64,000 bases of DNA. Origin: Amoebophrya sp. A120. Lineage: Eukaryota; Protista; Dinoflagellata. The first letter of the stretch is position 1, and each line of letters opens with the position of its first letter. The stretch is from positions 868,001-932,000 of the forward strand of contig CAJINV010000020.1 in NCBI GenBank assembly GCA_905178155.1. The letters are read 5' to 3'. The notes under the pieces were generated by a model, which ran no database searches, was not told where the DNA came from, and worked only from the letters and a program-made list of their open reading frames with translations. A program made the translations under genes and the position numbers. This document shows, piece by piece, positions 63,030-64,000 of this stretch.

Positions 63030-64000
63030 CCCGCTTCCAGCCGAAAAAAATTTGCGACAGCCGGATTTTCTCGCGGATTGTGACTTTTTGCAGGGAACTG
63101 AGCAATTGGTAGCCGACGTTTGCCTGCGGGTTCATTTGCGGTTGCTGCTGATGTACTATCATGTTTCTGTTGTTCTGGATCGACGTAGTTGGTTTTATCA
63201 ACTGCAAATATTATCTCTGGAAGATGTCTGGAAGATTACAAGACTTCTCATGCAGGTTCAACATGACTGCACATGAGGTCTGCACTGCAGGATCTCCTAG
63301 CATGATAGATTCCGTGAGTAGATATCATCTCTACCATGCCTATCCTGTCGATGAGAAACTCACTCCCAACTTGGTCAAAAATGAACAGCTTTGGGTAATC
63401 ATGTAAACACAAATTTTTGCATGATCCAGATTTACCATGAGAAGCTGCATCCTCCCAGACATCCAGGGGTATTTGCAGTGCATAGGTTGCTGTAGTTGAC
63501 CATTGGCTGTTGTAGTAGGCGCGATATTAACAAGTGCAAAAGTATCGCACATCGCACTCGTGTTGCCAGTCATGCATTTTTTTCTCAAGGTGAATCCGCA
63601 TTACAAATTTCGGGAAAGTTTAGAAATGTCGCAGCATTGCCACATGAAATGCCGTAGCGGGGCTGCGGCACCGAAGAAACCACCGTATGATGGTCGGACA
63701 TTTGCCGCTTGGACTGTATCCACAAAAAAGCACCCATGCCCATGATCCAATTTGCTATGCAGAACACGCATCAAAAGCAGCATTTGTCAAGCAAAAAATT
63801 GATGGGGATGGGTGTTTTTTCCTGGATAGACTGCCGCGAGATCAGGTAGCCCGCGAAGAGAAGGGACAACGCCTGGGCGTAGTAGTCTGGGTAATAGTTT
63901 GATGCAGTCTTGTTATTTGCGGACGAAGATGTTGATGTTGTTGTAGCTCCTGAGAATGTTGTGGTGTCACCAGAATCTTCCACTCCAGCTGCTGCTGCGT
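63030..64000 (-). CDS. Gene fragment ending in a scramblase-like segment (LLSSLQKVTIREKIRLSQIFFGW), 3' end disrupted
   Basis: Frame is continuous after removing inserts 63717-63828, ~63525-63656 and 63196-63484. Family assignment rests on short similarity only. Confidence 0.35.
63196..63484. mobile_element. Introner family B (diverged)
   Basis: TATCAACTGCAAATA..TATTTGCAGTGCATA; TSD GGTTT/GGTTG. Confidence 0.85.
63525..63656. mobile_element. Degenerate family A introner
   Basis: Left TGCAAAAGTATCGCAC present; right IR and TSD eroded. Confidence 0.55.
63717..63828. mobile_element. Shortest introner (112 nt)
   Basis: TATCCA.AAAAAA.CACCCAT.CCCAT IR; TSD GACTG. Confidence 0.88.

Overview
This is gene-dense eukaryotic nuclear DNA from an alveolate. 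The cytosolic GAPDH carries the alveolate-type [12 protein letters not shown] loop, and the architecture best fits a syndinian dinoflagellate such as Amoebophrya (inference). One + strand gene ends at 1675. After an AT-rich, GpC-depleted convergent spacer, about 16 genes all lie on the - strand: HPR/OPR-like repeat protein, cyclase-family protein, WD40 protein, PP2C, thiamine-binding protein, FkbM-like methyltransferase, Pch2/TRIP13, JmjC, nucleotide-sugar transporter, GAPDH, UPRT, patatin, a disrupted membrane-protein gene and hypotheticals. The dominant feature is about 34 short (112-317 nt) inserts inside coding exons. They belong to at least 6 families with unrelated inverted repeats but share one grammar: TAT...ATA ends, a 5-bp target duplication, generally no GT-AG, and a recurring internal TGCATNACAR motif. 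Removing the insert plus one duplicate restored the reading frame in every complete case I checked by hand. The same family occurs in both orientations relative to its host gene. Some GT-AG introns look like domesticated copies. The window also holds two MITEs (3-bp and 8-bp TSD), two GC-shifted intergenic islands, an insertion with a 48-bp duplication and twin long palindromes.
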